64,000 bases of DNA, taken from contig NIVC01002043.1 in the NCBI GenBank assembly GCA_002269645.1, positions 117,413 to 181,412 of the forward strand, given 5' to 3'. The notes beneath the pieces were generated by a model. The model had not been told where the DNA came from, made no database searches, and saw only the letters and a program-made list of their open reading frames with translations. A program made the translations under genes and the position numbers. The DNA comes from Macrostomum lignano (taxonomy: Eukaryota). Each line of letters begins with the position of its first letter. Within the stretch, counting starts at the first letter, position 1. Shown here piece after piece: positions 24,101 through 37,500 of this stretch.

Positions 24101-26482
24101 TGTCTCTTCTCAGCCCTCCTCTCCTTTTATCTCTCAATTTGCCGAACCCCTGCCTTAAACAGTGAGCCCATGGAGTCGTTGATCACGAACAAGAATCTAT
24201 CGGAGTCTATGCTTAGTTAGAGGAAGAAGTTCCCGCTGGGGGAGGCAGAGTGCTTAGCGGTAAACACGTCTCGACTCTCGTGCCAGATTCCCCGTGAATT
24301 CGACATCGCGTCTCGTTGACAAAAAAGTGGCCAAGAGGCTTGAGCTAGTGTACATGCCTGACCCGATTGAAACAGTATCCTAGACCAAGAAGTGTCCCAG
24401 AGTCGTTTCAGAGTTGTTGCAGGTGACAACAGGTAAAACAGGAAATATATGACTCTAGTAGGAAGTTAGGCGCCAACACAACGAGTTTAGGACGACTTTT
24501 TCACGATTCTGCAACTCACGTGCTGCGCTCGTGACTCGACATTCGTCTCTTCGTCGCGTTAAAAAAAGTCACAAGAATCGCCCTAGATTCGCTGATTATT
24601 TAGTGATTCTTGTTACGGTAATGTTTTCAACGGGTGACGGCGCGAAAGACAGGTCCGCTGTACCGTACACCCCGTGTGAGTGTGTGCCTGCTAAGGGGTC
24701 AGCGAACTCGGTACAAATGCTTTAACCTATCGGTGTCTTTGTGAACTAACTGCTAACCAATAGGCAATATCATGCCTTCCCTAGCAGAACTCACCGCCAG
24801 AGTACACGGTGCCCTTCTGCAGCGGCCCGGTGTGAGTCCCCAGTTTGAGTTTGCCGCTGGCCGGATCGACAACCCGCATGAGGCTGCCATCAGCGAAGAA
24901 TCTCGGCTTGCAGGCGTCAACAACAGCGTAGTCGAAGTAGTCGCGCCACGAGTCGCCTAGCAGGTAGGTCATGATGTGCTCGGTGTACCAGTAGCCGGAG
25001 TTGGTGAGCAGAAACAGCTTAGCGCCGCCTGCGGACAGCTGGCGCAGCAGGTCGGCCAGGTCCGGGTCTTTGTGCACGTAGCGATCAACCTGCTCAACTG
25101 TGAGCTTCTTCAACTCGCCCTTGTCGTGAATATAATTAGTAGCCTCTCTGACATCGTTAAACAGGGTGCGAAATGAGATGAACACTTCGTTATAATTGAA
25201 TCCGCTGCGGCTGACCGTGCAGTTGGATACAGACTTGAAGAACTCAATCACCGAGGCCAGGCAGTAGATCTCCGGCAAGTTAAACAATGTGTCGTAAACG
25301 TAGAAACGGTTGCTTAGCAACACAAATTTGTTCTCGTAGTGATTGCGCAATTCGGCAGCCGTGACGAAGCTTAAGCCAAACAGGCAGCTCAAAATGTTTC
25401 CAAACGTGTCCACCTTCAATAACAGGCCCTTCTCCTTGTCAAACCACAAGCCTCGGATGGGCACTGTGTGATCGTATTTAAACTGCAGAATGTCGGGCGG
25501 ATACCCGGTCTCCACTAGCCGCTCCAGCATCAGTTTGAAGGACATGGTCTCGTACAGCGGCGACACGTACTGGGCCAGAGTGTAGTCCATGTCGAACCCG
25601 TAGAACTTGATCTTCTCCATTTGAACGCTGCGATTCACGAATATTCTGGCATGAGGGAGGAGACATTAAACTTATTGGTCATTCATTATTAGGGCGAAGA
25701 ACATACAGGCGCGCCAATACTGTATGACGCAGGCATGCACTGATACACACGCTGCACCCTCATGACTGTGAATCGCGCAACCCCACCCCGATCTGGCCAA
25801 TTTTCAAAAGTCAAGCGTCGAACTCTCTAGAATTTGAAAGGAACTTTTCATATTTTGGATTCAACCCGATGAAAACGGTACGCAGGCCAAGAAGCGTATC
25901 AGAGTAATAATAAAGTGATTCAAGACGACTCTAAAACGATACACGACACAAGTAGCCAAAAAATCGTAAAAGAGTCGCTTAAGAATCACTTTGAAGCGTT
26001 TTTGGGTCTTCTATAGAGTCACTATAGTCTCAGAATTGTGTCTAAGTGCTCTAACTAGCCTACTGAGTTAGCAGAAAGTTAAACGCTAACACAACGATTC
26101 TTGGACGACTCTTGTGACTCGTTTACGATTCTACAACTCACGTGACGCGCTTGTGACGCAACAGTCGCCTCTCCGTCGTATAACAGTCGTTTTGAGTCGT
26201 TAAAAAGTCACAAGAGCCCCCCAGAATCGCTAGTGAGCTGTTTGCAATGACTTTTCAGCAATTCTTGTCACGGTATCTTTTTCAACGGGCAACCAACTCG
26301 GCCCAAAAAGTCTGATAAAGCAGATTTTATCAAGAGTTTGCAGCCGCAATCAAACAATAGTTCTGAAGATTTAGTGGAAAAATGTCTCACCTCTGACTTG
26401 TCTGCCGTTTGAACAAGTCAGCTGACGTCACTGACAATGACTCGCCACCGTTACGACGCGGATGCTGCTCTGTGTCTGCCAT
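21109..26482 (-). CDS. NT5C2: Cytosolic purine 5'-nucleotidase (cN-II type HAD), 579 aa; exons 26482-26391, 25645-24795, 23153-22566, 21944-21879, 21251-21109
   Basis: QR|[79 protein letters not shown]. All four introns GT-AG with compatible phases; total 1740 nt. The last two exons are less certain. Confidence 0.93.
21395..21825. repeat. 30-bp minisatellite CCCAAATCCCACACCTTACAACTAAAATAT in NT5C2 intron 4
   Basis: About 13 copies. Confidence 0.96.
22018..22272. repeat. 21-bp minisatellite GAATGGAATTCTATAGATATT in NT5C2 intron 3
   Basis: About 12 copies. Confidence 0.96.
24007..24152 (+). mobile_element. hAT-type MITE (146 bp)
   Basis: TIRs CAGGGGTCCGCAAA ... TTTGCCGAACCCCTG; perfect 8-bp TSD CCTTAAAC at 23999-24006 and 24153-24160. 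Confidence 0.9.
24362..24634 (+). mobile_element. CCC...GGG MITE (CACTA/CMC-like), short copy
   Basis: Ends CCCGATTGAAAC ... GTTTTCAACGGG; 3-bp TSD TGA; internal homology to 25865-26289 and 43709-44254. Confidence 0.8.
25865..26289 (+). mobile_element. CCC...GGG MITE (CACTA/CMC-like)
   Basis: Ends CCCGATGAAAA ... TTTTCAACGGG; 3-bp TSD CAA; GACTC/GAGTC-rich interior. Confidence 0.8.
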
Positions 26483-28419
26483 CGCCTTTCAAAGCTAGCT
26501 GGCTGGCTGCAATTAGATAATTATAAGCTGCTGTGCTAAGTCCTCGCTTTTGCTCTCTTTCTTTTGCCTTCTCCTCTCCTGCTTTGCCAATATATTCAGT
26601 GTAGCTTCAAGGTCAATCCTTCAGCTATCGCTAGTCGCAGGGCAGAACAGTAGCCGCTGATAATAGGGCAAGTGTTGACTAGGCGGACTTACGCACTTGG
26701 CTTTAGGAAATTCCTCACTGAATAACAAATGTCTATCCTATATACAGAAGCAAACTTGGCATTGACGCGCACAGTTGCAGGCAATATTTTTTTACTTCAA
26801 AACAAAATACTCATTGTTCAATAAACTTTTCCTATACAATAACCACTTCAGCTGAAACAGTTGGCGCTTTGCTAGCACGCACAGGGTTCATTGCGTAGAA
26901 AGACTATTCTCATAAAAATATTTGCGCGCGAGCAAACATAGATAAGGCTTGATTTAATAAGATTTCTCTGAACCAGGGCGGACTGTAGAAGAGTGCAGCA
27001 GAAAGAAATGGACATAACCCAAGGCCGGCTCAGGGTGAGAAGTTGACTGCTGCGACAACACTCTGGCTGACGCCAATATTTCAGGGGAAGGGGATCAAGT
27101 AGGGTCGACCCGTATATAGTACAATAAAGCAGTAAAATATCCTGTATTTTACGAGACTGTCTACTCACAAAACACAAGTAGCAAGAAGTGAGTGTGGAGA
27201 GAATATTGCTAGATCTATTCAATCGTTTTATAAAAGTTGAATAAATCACATTTATCACATCTATTCAACTGCTGTGGTGATGACTGACTGACTAACTCAC
27301 TGATATCATTATGTATCACACTCTCCTTTCTCTCCCTTCCTATATGTTGTAGCCTAACTGTTCCCTTCAAACCTGTATGCATATTCGTCATCACGTGACC
27401 CTGACTGTGGCGTTTTTAAGCATCAAAACTGTAGTGCCATTTGACATCCTAGGTCTAAACTTGAATTACCAAAATGAAAGCCAGGATACTAGCTAGAATT
27501 AGCTGAAAAATTCAAAATTGAACCAAAATATCTGCCCTTTACACTATGAGGCCTCTCTGACCCACAGAAGTTGCAGAAATTTATAGACTCTGTGTTTACA
27601 GATTATTCAAATTTTGAAAATTGATAGACATCTAAGATCTTGGAATCTTAGGAATCTATATTTTAAAAAATTATACTTCAAATGAAATATGAATTATAGA
27701 AAATATGAAATATAAATATTGCATCACCTTTGAAAAAAGGTAGGTGCCAATTTGTTATTTGGAGTCCAAATTAAATTTAGACATCAAAATTAAATTTGAT
27801 GTCTAAACTTTTGTATACCTTATATTTGCTTATATTACTACTAAATAGGCTATTTATACTTCCACATTGTACTTTAAATTGAAGTATCTAGTTAGGAAAT
27901 AAAAACTTGTAAAATCTACTTCTAAATGGTATATAAATGAAAACTCTAATATATCTCTTAAAAAATCATTAGAATTATACTTTAGGGATGTTAAAAAGAC
28001 CTTGACATATAATTATTAATATCATTTGATATTACCCACAAATAGTGATCAACTTACTAAAATAAAAGCTTAGTAAGATAAATATTATAAACAATTGTCT
28101 ATTGTAGAAAAAAGCTTGAGTAGATTTGTTTGAATTTTGACTTTACTTTTGATGTTCATTCATAAATATGAATACTAGAATACATTTGCTCCATTAGAAA
28201 TTGTACATTATGAGGATAAAGGATTAATAGGCTTTGATTTGGTAGTGCAATCCACTGAAAATAAATTCATGCTGTTTGGTTAACTTTGGTACCTGGCTAA
28301 TCAGGAACAGCCAACAAAACTGCCATTTGAGCAGGCTGACATGCTTGAGACATTGAAAATTTCTGACTAATGCTTGAGCAGACTATTCAATTCAAAAGCA
28401 TAGTGGCAGTATAAATAGC

Positions 28420-28479
28420 AAAATGGGTATTTGCACCTTCCCCTCTAGGACAGCTTTGCAGCTAAGTCAAGTAAGTCAA
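28420..28479 (+). mobile_element. Diverged 3' tail of the non-LTR family seen at 16221-16295
   Basis: ...TGCAGCTAAGTCAAGTAAGTCAA matches the family tail; the upstream body is not recognisable. Confidence 0.55.
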
Positions 28480-29513
28480 TTCGTGGTGGCAGCCTCCGCA
28501 ACTGCATACCTGGCTTCATTGATACTAGTTATCATAGGGTATTTTGAGCAGTCACATTATGCTAGCAGTGTTAGCCATTAAGATGACATACTACACCCCA
28601 ATGTAGACTATTTAAACTCCTATGCTAAGAAAATTCATTTATTAGGCTCTTTATCAGTGTTGGGAAAGTGGTCATCTATTAATTAATACTGTCACAGAAT
28701 GCTAAGAAATATTTTAATGGTCCTGAAAATGAGGCTTATACATTAATGATGCCAGCTTTTTCTTGTAGTTTTAACCCAAAAAACTCATTGATTGGGCCAA
28801 ATTCTAACTCTTAATCAATGCTCTAGTGTCTTATCAGGCAAAGAAAAAAGTTTTCTTTCAAGCAGATTCTGTGGGCTTCCTAAACACCCATACTCTATAA
28901 TGACAGTACTGGTTATTGAATGTCTATGGCATAAAGTAGGGATTATTAGTGCTTAGAACAGGGTCATTGCCCAAATAAAGATGTATAAAGATGCAATGAC
29001 TCTAGCCAACCTCAGTGCACTTCTTCACAAGATAGTGCAAGGTTGTTTCAGTGACAACAAGCTCTTGGTAACATTGTTGCGCAGCTGCACTAGCATTTAT
29101 AGGCCATTGTCAACTACCTGGCTAGAATTGACATTGCCACCAATATGAAAGTGGTTGAAAAAGCTTATATTCAGTGTTTTATCACTGTCAGTTGACATTG
29201 TAACAGGGGTGTTTCTTCCTTCTTAATAATATCCCACTGTTGTTACCAAAAGCTGTCCCAGGGCTCTTATTTGTTTTCTTGTTTAGCCTTACTAGCTGCC
29301 ACCAAAGTTGTCAAAGGGCTAAACTAATCTTTTAAGTTGGTAGCTGCCACCAGGATTATCCTATTAATAAATTATGAGTTTATCAATCTTAGAATAATCT
29401 GAGAAATGTTTCTTAGAATTGATCTGAGTATATATCTTAGTATTTAGTCTGAGTATTTAGTCTGAGTATTTATTCTGAGTATATCATTCTTAGAATATTC
29501 TTTAGCCCTTACA
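28480..29513 (-). mobile_element. Decayed LTR retrotransposon relic (Ty3/gypsy-like): LTR 29309-29513, PBS-like 29295-29304, gag-like remnants
   Basis: LTR reads TGTCAAAGGGCTA...TAGCCCTTACA (inverted termini). Minus-strand TGGTGGCAGC lies just inside. A stop-ridden gag-like stretch reads ASFSGPLKYFLAFCDS..TTFPTLIKSLINEF. Confidence 0.55.
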
Positions 29514-30054
29514 ATTGTTATCATTCTCCTGTTATTCTGGTAGCATTTACTATTGTTCTGGTAGCATTTATTATTATTCTGGCCTGAGTGGTCTATTGGC
29601 TATACTGGTATATGTATTTCATGTACTTTGCAAGTCCTTGGGCATTACCGAGATCAGAGGGTCACAGCCTCCGGTTATTCTTACACTTATTACTTAAGAA
29701 CTACTTTGTATTCTCTTACTACTCAATGCTGCTGCTTCTCAATAGTATATACTGTATACGCTTCAGTCTATTTTGCTCTTATGTCTGCAAATGAATGACT
29801 CGGAAAACGGCTTCTCTTATATTTATTTGTAACACTCCTTTCTTTATATGCTTACTCCTTTCATAGGAACTGCACGAAGGCAAGTTGCTCTCTCTCGGCC
29901 CAGATCGCGTCTATTTATACTAAATTATTCCATAGTTTTAAACAAAAATTAATTTGCGAAAATATTTTGGAAAACACGTACATTATAGCAAATCATTTGC
30001 TTAGTATTTTGGCACGAATTTAAAAGCATCAAATTGTAAAAATATAGATCGCCC

Positions 30055-31790
30055 TGCACAACATGAAAAAGAAGTGTTTGCCTATAAAGAAATGTTGTCA
30101 AGGTGTGACTGCCAATGTCTGATGCACCTTGTTAGGACTGAGTAATATCTACAATTGCTTCTAGCATAACAAAATTTGTTTGACCTATATGGGACAATAT
30201 AGATTGGCCTGTTTCCCCATGTTTCTAAATTGGTTTTCCTTTGGAAATATGTTCCTTCCCATATAAAGCAACTAACTACATTATTATACTTAGTTCTAGG
30301 CTTGTAAACTTGAATAGCACCAGGAATATAGCTTGGTGTCTGACTATATTCCATAGCCTTATCCTTTTCCTGTTTTTAAATTATTTTTATATTGTTTGTT
30401 ATTTATGTTAATGCAGCACTAGTTTTTCCAAACTATTTTAATCTGTTTATGTTTATGCTTAATATTATTTAAAAGTTGAATCAAAAGTTGCAACTCTATA
30501 TTTTATCCACATCTACTTTTCACAAAGTATATTTACTCCAAATGGCATATTTATGTGCCTAGTTTTTATTTGCTTCAAAAATCATATTTATTTGTCAAGT
30601 GCATCTACATCTGCCATCTATGCTAGATAGAACATTTATATACATAGTTTAACTGCTTCAAACTGCACATTTACTTATCAATTGCATTTGCACCAAAGGC
30701 AAATTTATGCAATTAGTATAACTGCTTCAAACTGCATATTTAATTGTCAAAGGCCAAATGGTACATTTATGGCATAGTTGTATATAATTATAAGCACTGG
30801 CACAGTTGATGCATAGTTATAGCACAAGAGTGCACAATTAAAAAAAATTAATTGTCATTTGAGCCAAGTAGCATAGCATAGTTATATTTGTGCCAAGCTA
30901 TAACTATTAATTGTTGATAATGCTTATTTTTGTCTCATTTTGACAGTCACTTTGTTATTCACTTTAATTCATTTTTTATGTGCCATTTGATGCATTTAAT
31001 TAAAGGGCTATTATTCTCAGTCAGGTGATAAAACTTATAAAAATCAATAAAAAATATTAAAGAAGCAATTTATTACATAAAGAAATAATAATTATATATT
31101 CAATAAAACAAATAATTGGTTTGATAAATTAATTGCAAAAATAACCTAGCTAGAACAAAATATTTTATGGATATTGATAATTATTATAAGCATTACTTAA
31201 AGTTAAAGCACAAAGCATTTAGTCAAGAAAATATCTTAAAGCCGAATGAATTGCTTTAAATTTGAATTATAAAGGCTTATTTAATATATAAGGCAATAAT
31301 ATGGTCTGGATTTTGTTTTGACAATGACAATGATAACATTTTACATTATAATTTAATTGCTATCGTCATATTCCATTTCGTCATATCGGATGACAAAGTG
31401 ACCAGAAGCAAAGTAGCTTGAAAAATAATATGACGAAGTGACCAAATATTTAGTTATACTGGATACTTCGTCATCAACCAATCAATCTGTGCGTGATTCG
31501 AGTTAGTATAAACTAACACTATTTTTTGTTTAATAACTAAAAGCTGCGGCAAGCAGAACCGATCGATTGACAGATTTTATCAATCGAGATGACAAAATGA
31601 CTGGGATCATTAGGATTCCAAGTAAATATATTTAATTGCCACAATAATTCACTAATATGATTGGTGGATGACGAAATGACTCTCTTCAGGTAGTGCATGT
31701 TAATAAAGATGACGAAGTGACCATAGTCGAGGTGAGCACCCCAGACACCCAGATGACGAAATGGCAGATGACGAAATGACTAGGAACCGC
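30055..31790 (-). mobile_element. Probable degenerate DNA transposon (possible FLYWCH/MULE type) with GACGAAATGAC-rich end
   Basis: Repeated GACGAAATGAC/GTCATTTCGTC motifs at 31360-31790 ending GACTAGGAACC; weak FLYWCH-like text FIWEGTYFQRK..IY..YRSNKFCYAR in ORF 30082..30354. Confidence 0.3.
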
Positions 31791-32646
31791 CTAGTCCTAA
31801 CCTAAGCTTTCAATTAACATATCCTACAGATATGACCTAAGGATTTTTATACAGAATAATCTAAACAAAAATTTACTATGTTATGCTTCAACCCTTGAGA
31901 CACCTGTATGCATAGTAAGTCTTAAATAAGTCCAGCAAACTATTTTGTCATTAATTGCATAATAGGCCCTATGAAGTTGAAGTCCTATGCCAATGCCAAT
32001 GGCAATTTGGCTACATAAATTTTGCAAAATGTTTCCATTGGCAGAGCCTTTAGAATTAGAAGTTAGCTGCGGCATTTTGAATTAAAATTTGCAAAAAAAC
32101 AAAAAAGATACACTAATTTAGATAAACTACACTGATCAGGAAAGTGAAAAATGAATATGTCCGCGTGTTTGTGTTTTCTCTTTTTTCAATCTTATTATCT
32201 TCACAAAGTTCATAAGCTAAATTCCAAACACAACTTCAGAAGCATTTACAAAACAATTTATTTTATTAATTCTTGCCGTATCCAAGCGTCTATCACTTCA
32301 GAAATGACATTTATTGGTGGCTGTTTTGCTTCGACAAGATAATTAAGCACGCAATAAAAAAATTCATTTCACTTTTTAAAAAGCTGAATAATTTCTTAGA
32401 AATTAACAGTAACCAAATTCGTCCGTGATATCGGAAATGGAATTATAATATTACGAGCTCGTCGGTTTTTCTTTTTGAATTTTGAAAAATCTTTCGAGGC
32501 AGCTTAAAAATTAAATGTCAAAATTTTCACGATATCCTGCGACACTGATGCTCCTGTTATTTAGAAATTAATTCTCCATATTTTTTGCAAAAAATTACAC
32601 TAGCAGACTTAAAGATAAACAAAAGAATTTTCACCCGCTCACTTTT

Positions 32647-32742
32647 TGGTGAGATCTGCTAAAATCTGCCACCGAGTGCATGTACGTTTTAAAATGTACA
32701 TGAAGTGATTCATTAAGGTGGCAGTCGTGGCAGATCTCACCA
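32647..32742. repeat. 96-bp nested palindrome (MITE-like)
   Basis: TGGTGAGATCTGC / GCAGATCTCACCA 13-bp inverted ends, with inner CTGCCACC/GGTGGCAG and CATGTAC/GTACATG pairs. Confidence 0.75.
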
Positions 32743-33179
32743 GATTGAGAAAGAATTAAATCAATACTCCGGGTAGGGAAAGTCTGTCGACATCCAGATT
32801 TTTTCTGTTGAAACTCCCGTGTGCTCTCTCTCAGCTGGCGCCGATATGTACGGCCACCAAGCCTCGCTCCCTAGGAAATTCACCTAAGTTGATGCTTTGA
32901 CGGTATGGCCTTCAAGTTTTCATATTCCTGTTTAAAACTATAGTGATCGACCCAATTTTTCTTTAATCAATCGCATACCCATATACATACAGACAACTCA
33001 TTTTTAGTAGTATATTGGATCTAGGGTACGTGTTTGAAGGCTACACGCCAAAGGCACAGCCAACCACTGCAGTTACTTGCGCAAAAGTACCACCCAGACA
33101 AAAAGCTACTAATGAGATAGGCATCCTAGCCTGGCTTTAAGGGCACTTCTAGTCTGGCTATGGCCGGTCTCTATAATTG

Positions 33180-33440
33180 GGACACTATATGCGAGGTAAC
33201 AAAATTAAAATAATGTTTTGCATTGGGGCCATTCTTCCGTCTAGGGCTAGCAGAATTGCATGGCCTTCCTGAATGATCTACCAGCTGGTTCTCTGTTGCT
33301 GCTACATGACGCTGATAACAAAGTTATCCTTCTCAAATGGGCACGCGTGCATATGTCTCCGATTATAATTATAGATCCCCGGACCTTCGTGATGCTCGGA
33401 CTAGGCCTTAAGTATCTGTACTATTGCTTCAACCTGTTGT
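33180..33440 (+). mobile_element. Possible degenerate LINE 3' end (CR1/L2-like)
   Basis: LNDLPA-like text followed by a 3' UTR ending in an AAT-rich repetitive tail. Confidence 0.3.
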
Positions 33441-34554
33441 ATTAATAGTAATAGTAATAATGGCAATGCTTCAAATAGTTGTTACAATAATCAAACACCA
33501 GTTTCACTTCTAAATATGCAGTGCGAGCTGCACTCTACTCTCGCCGATCGGATAGCCGGGCATGACTAACAACGAGAAACGGCTGGTCATTTATTAACGA
33601 GATATAAAAAAACCGGCAACTTAGAAATTATGACAATTAAAAGTGCGCTTGGACTTTAAAATGAGCAAAAACTTGAGTAAAACGCCCAAAAAATAATATA
33701 ACAGCGAAATACTTTTATTTTGCATGGTAGACAGGTGGGTCACTGTGCTAGCTGGGCGCTGTCACAGGCTTCGATGATCCTGTTGACGTTTTATTATGAT
33801 CGTGCTAGGCTTCAATTTCTTTGTTTGGGGTTTGATATTCGGGGGATTTCTCAGTGAAATCGGATGGGAGAGGGATTATCAGATTCTCTAGAGGGAGATC
33901 ACGGTGATATTTTGTCCAAAACAAGTGAATAGGAGACATCACAAATCCTAATGGGGGTGGAGGTGGGGAGACATCGGTTATATGGTTCTGGCAGGAAAGG
34001 TCGAAGCGAGCGCCAACCCTGCCTGTTTATATAGAACCCGAATCACGAATTGCGCGCGTGAATAAAAGGCCTTAAATTGACCTTGACCTGTGTCGCTTAG
34101 CTGTGCTGTGATTGGTTTGTAAAATTGGGTGGGTGTGCGCAGCTTTGGAAGGGATCAAATGGAGATTACCATGTGATCGGGAGAAAAAGACTTTACAGAA
34201 GTGGGGCTTTACTGGGTGCGTTTTTCTTGAGGTGATTCGAACCATAGCCTGGATGTTGGGGTGGGTTGGCAAGGGAATGGGGTGGGCATAGGGAATGAGT
34301 CAAGCGATGGGTCATTGTCTTGTTGAGTGTTTATGAAAAAGTTGCTTGCTTTTATTTATAGCGACAAACCACACAACTAGCATATAATCGATAAATTTAA
34401 GCTAGAACTTAATCAATGTCTATGGGGTTCAACATTTTATTGCTACAATGCCTACCCTGAGTTCAAGGACATTTAAGAATTGCTCAATAGTCACGCCGCA
34501 GTTGTTTTGGTTTTCTAAAATTTAGCATCAAGCAGGAGCTTCAACCGATCGATA

Positions 34555-37500
34555 ATGCCGAGAAACTCGTCGCCGCAGAATTCATCGGACGAATCGCCGT
34601 CGTGCAAGCACGGCTACCAGCGCGAGCTGCTCCTGCTGTACCCGAGCCTGTCCATCTACGGCCCCATACCCGGCAACATTACTCAAATCCAACGGCTAGA
34701 CAATCGGCGCGCCGTGTCCGTCAAATTTACTTGCGAACCGAAGATCAGCGAGTTCCTCAAGAGTGTGGCCAAGATGCAGGTGAAACTATTTTTCGATTGG
34801 TTTGTTCGCAATTATTACATAATTCAGCTCCTTCCAATTGAGCTTTAAGGCTTAGTGCGCCTAGTCTTCTCACATTCTTCGCCTTTAGAGCTAATTAGCT
34901 ACTCTTGAATTTTCTATGCTGTAGCAGGTGGCCGTTCTGCTTAATAGCTTCAATGGGACTTCCACCACTTTACACTTCTTCGACGTGCATGACAAAAACA
35001 ATTACAAGAGGGTTTTGGGCACCCTGACGCAACGCCTTCAGCTACGTCGTCCCACAACCAGTGCTGACAGCAATTCTGCTCATTCCGCTAACTTTCTGAG
35101 CACTTACACGTACATGCGCGCAGACTCTGTACGCAGGCACAGCATTCATACACACGCTCACACAGGGTGTACAGCAGCCCTGACTTTCTAATCGTCAGGC
35201 ACGTACACTCATGAGTCTAGCTCGTAGCACGCACGATAAGTCATGACCAATTTTCGCGCACTGGATCCACAGCTTACTTAAAATCATACTTAATCGTAGT
35301 TTAAAATGTTATAATAGTAAAAGACCCCGATAGAGCCAGCCTTGGCCAGACGGTCGGCTAACTCAGTGCCTGAAGCGCAGGCTCGTATCACAGAGCCTGA
35401 GCAAACTGAACATTCAATTCAATGTCGAAATAAATTCTTCCGCTATAGCTATAAATCCAATATACTAAAAATCAAAACTATGTACCTACCTACCTATATA
35501 TAGGAACCTTCGTGTAATCCAATATACTAAAAATCAAAACTATGTACCTATAGGAACCTTCGCTTAACTTCACTCTACATGGTCGGAATTTCGTGAGGTT
35601 TTCTGCATTCGATGCGTATTGATGGTGCGCTGGTACACAAAATTTTGCTAAGAAATTGCTTCATTATTTCGGGCTTAAATATTCGAAAAACTCGATTTTC
35701 TCCCTGTTTTTTAAAGTTCAAACAGTTATTTCCGATTGAGAAGCAGTCTGCCGGCCGATGGAATAGTATTGCATCATAACTCAGTGCCAACTATAGCATT
35801 GGTTCTCCACACTCGCGTGGAGAGCTACAAGCGTTGAAAGGTTGCGCAACACATTTTAATTGAGGGGCGGGTGTCGCTATTCAATTATTCATGGGCTGGC
35901 TTGGTTGTTAATTTCAATGCATCAACTTGCAGGCCTCTTACTGTAGCTGGCGCTGAATGTACGCCTTATGAATTTGATTGAATGCTTTAAAGCAGGAATG
36001 TTCAATCATTGTTTGTGCTTCGAGTTTTTTACTTTCAGAAGAGAGCCTTGTATTGCTAGAAAGAGCTTGAAACGCTGAGTTCGGGAATAATTTCTTTGCT
36101 TACTCGTAGATTCGAAAAATTAAAAGCACAGCATTAAAAAGAAGATTCCTTTGAATTTTACTTTATATACTCATTGTACATCTCCAATATCGCAAACCCC
36201 TACTTTATCGCAATTCCACAATTCAAGCCAGCGCCATTGAATTTAGATTTAGATTGCGTAACCATATTGGTGACTTTATTTGAAACTGATACAGACTGGC
36301 TGAGAAATTATGTCATAACTGCTTTGCGTGATTTACTCTGTGCGTGGAGTTTTGAAAGTGTTGAATTATGTAAGTGCTACAATTTATGTTATCAAAGCAT
36401 TGAGAGATAGCCTAGAGGTAAACAGACTGACCTGCTAATGCAGCGACGTGGGTTCGAATTTTTAAATTGTAGAAGTATTTTATTAAAAAAAATTAATTTT
36501 AAACTTTTTAGCTAAAGAAAACTAAAAAAACGTCAGGTAAATCAGGTAGAAGAGAAGCTACGAGTATTATATTCAAAAAAAAATTATTAAACTGAGATGC
36601 CAAGGCTAAGAGGGAATTGCTGAGATATCAAGACGTGAGGGGAATTGCTGAGATGTCAAGACTTACTGGGGGAATTACTGAGATATAAGGGCTTACTGAG
36701 AGAATTACTGAGATGCCAAGGCTTAAGAGTGAATTGCTGAGATGTCAAGGCTTGGAGGGAATTTCTGAGGTGTCAGGGCTTGGTGGGAATTGCTGAGATG
36801 TTAAGTCTTGGGGAGGAATTCTATGGATCGGGGAATCTTTGAACGAGAAATGCTTCTAATGGATATCTCGAGGAGATGAGGGGATTCTTTGGCCAAGAAT
36901 TCTATTCATGGGCGGATTATTTGGATGGGAGTTTCTTTGGATTCCTTGAATGGGGGATTCTGTTGATGGGGATTATTTGGACGTAAAGTTTTTTGAACGG
37001 GTTTCTTTAGATGAGGGTATTATTTGGCCAATTATTCTTTTGATGGGAGAATCAATGGATAATGTGGATGGAGATTCTGTGGATGGGGATTATTTGGACG
37101 TGGATTATTTGCATGGGGATTTTTTGGAGGGAGATTCTTTAGTTAGGAATGGATGGGGATGGATAGGAGGATTCTTTGGATAGGGATAAATAGGGGCATT
37201 TTTTCGATAGGGATGGATGGGGATTCTTTGGATATGGATGGGTGGGGGGGTTCTTTGGATATGGATGGGAGGGGGATTCTTTGGATATAGATGGGTGGGG
37301 GGGATTCTTTGGATATGGATGGGTGGGGGATTCTTTGGATATGGATGGGTGGGGGATTCTTTGGATTTGGATGGGTGGGGGATTCTTTGGATATGGATGG
37401 GTGGGGGATTCTTTGGATATGGATGGGTGGGAGATTCTTTGGATATGGATGGGTGGGGGATTCTTTCGATGGGGACTCTGTGAATGAGGGACTCTTTTAA

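Noticed and set aside
26872-27258. 128-aa minus-strand ORF
   Set aside because: Non-ATG start, no motifs, AT-rich and uncharacteristic of host exons; probably within the NT5C2 upstream region.
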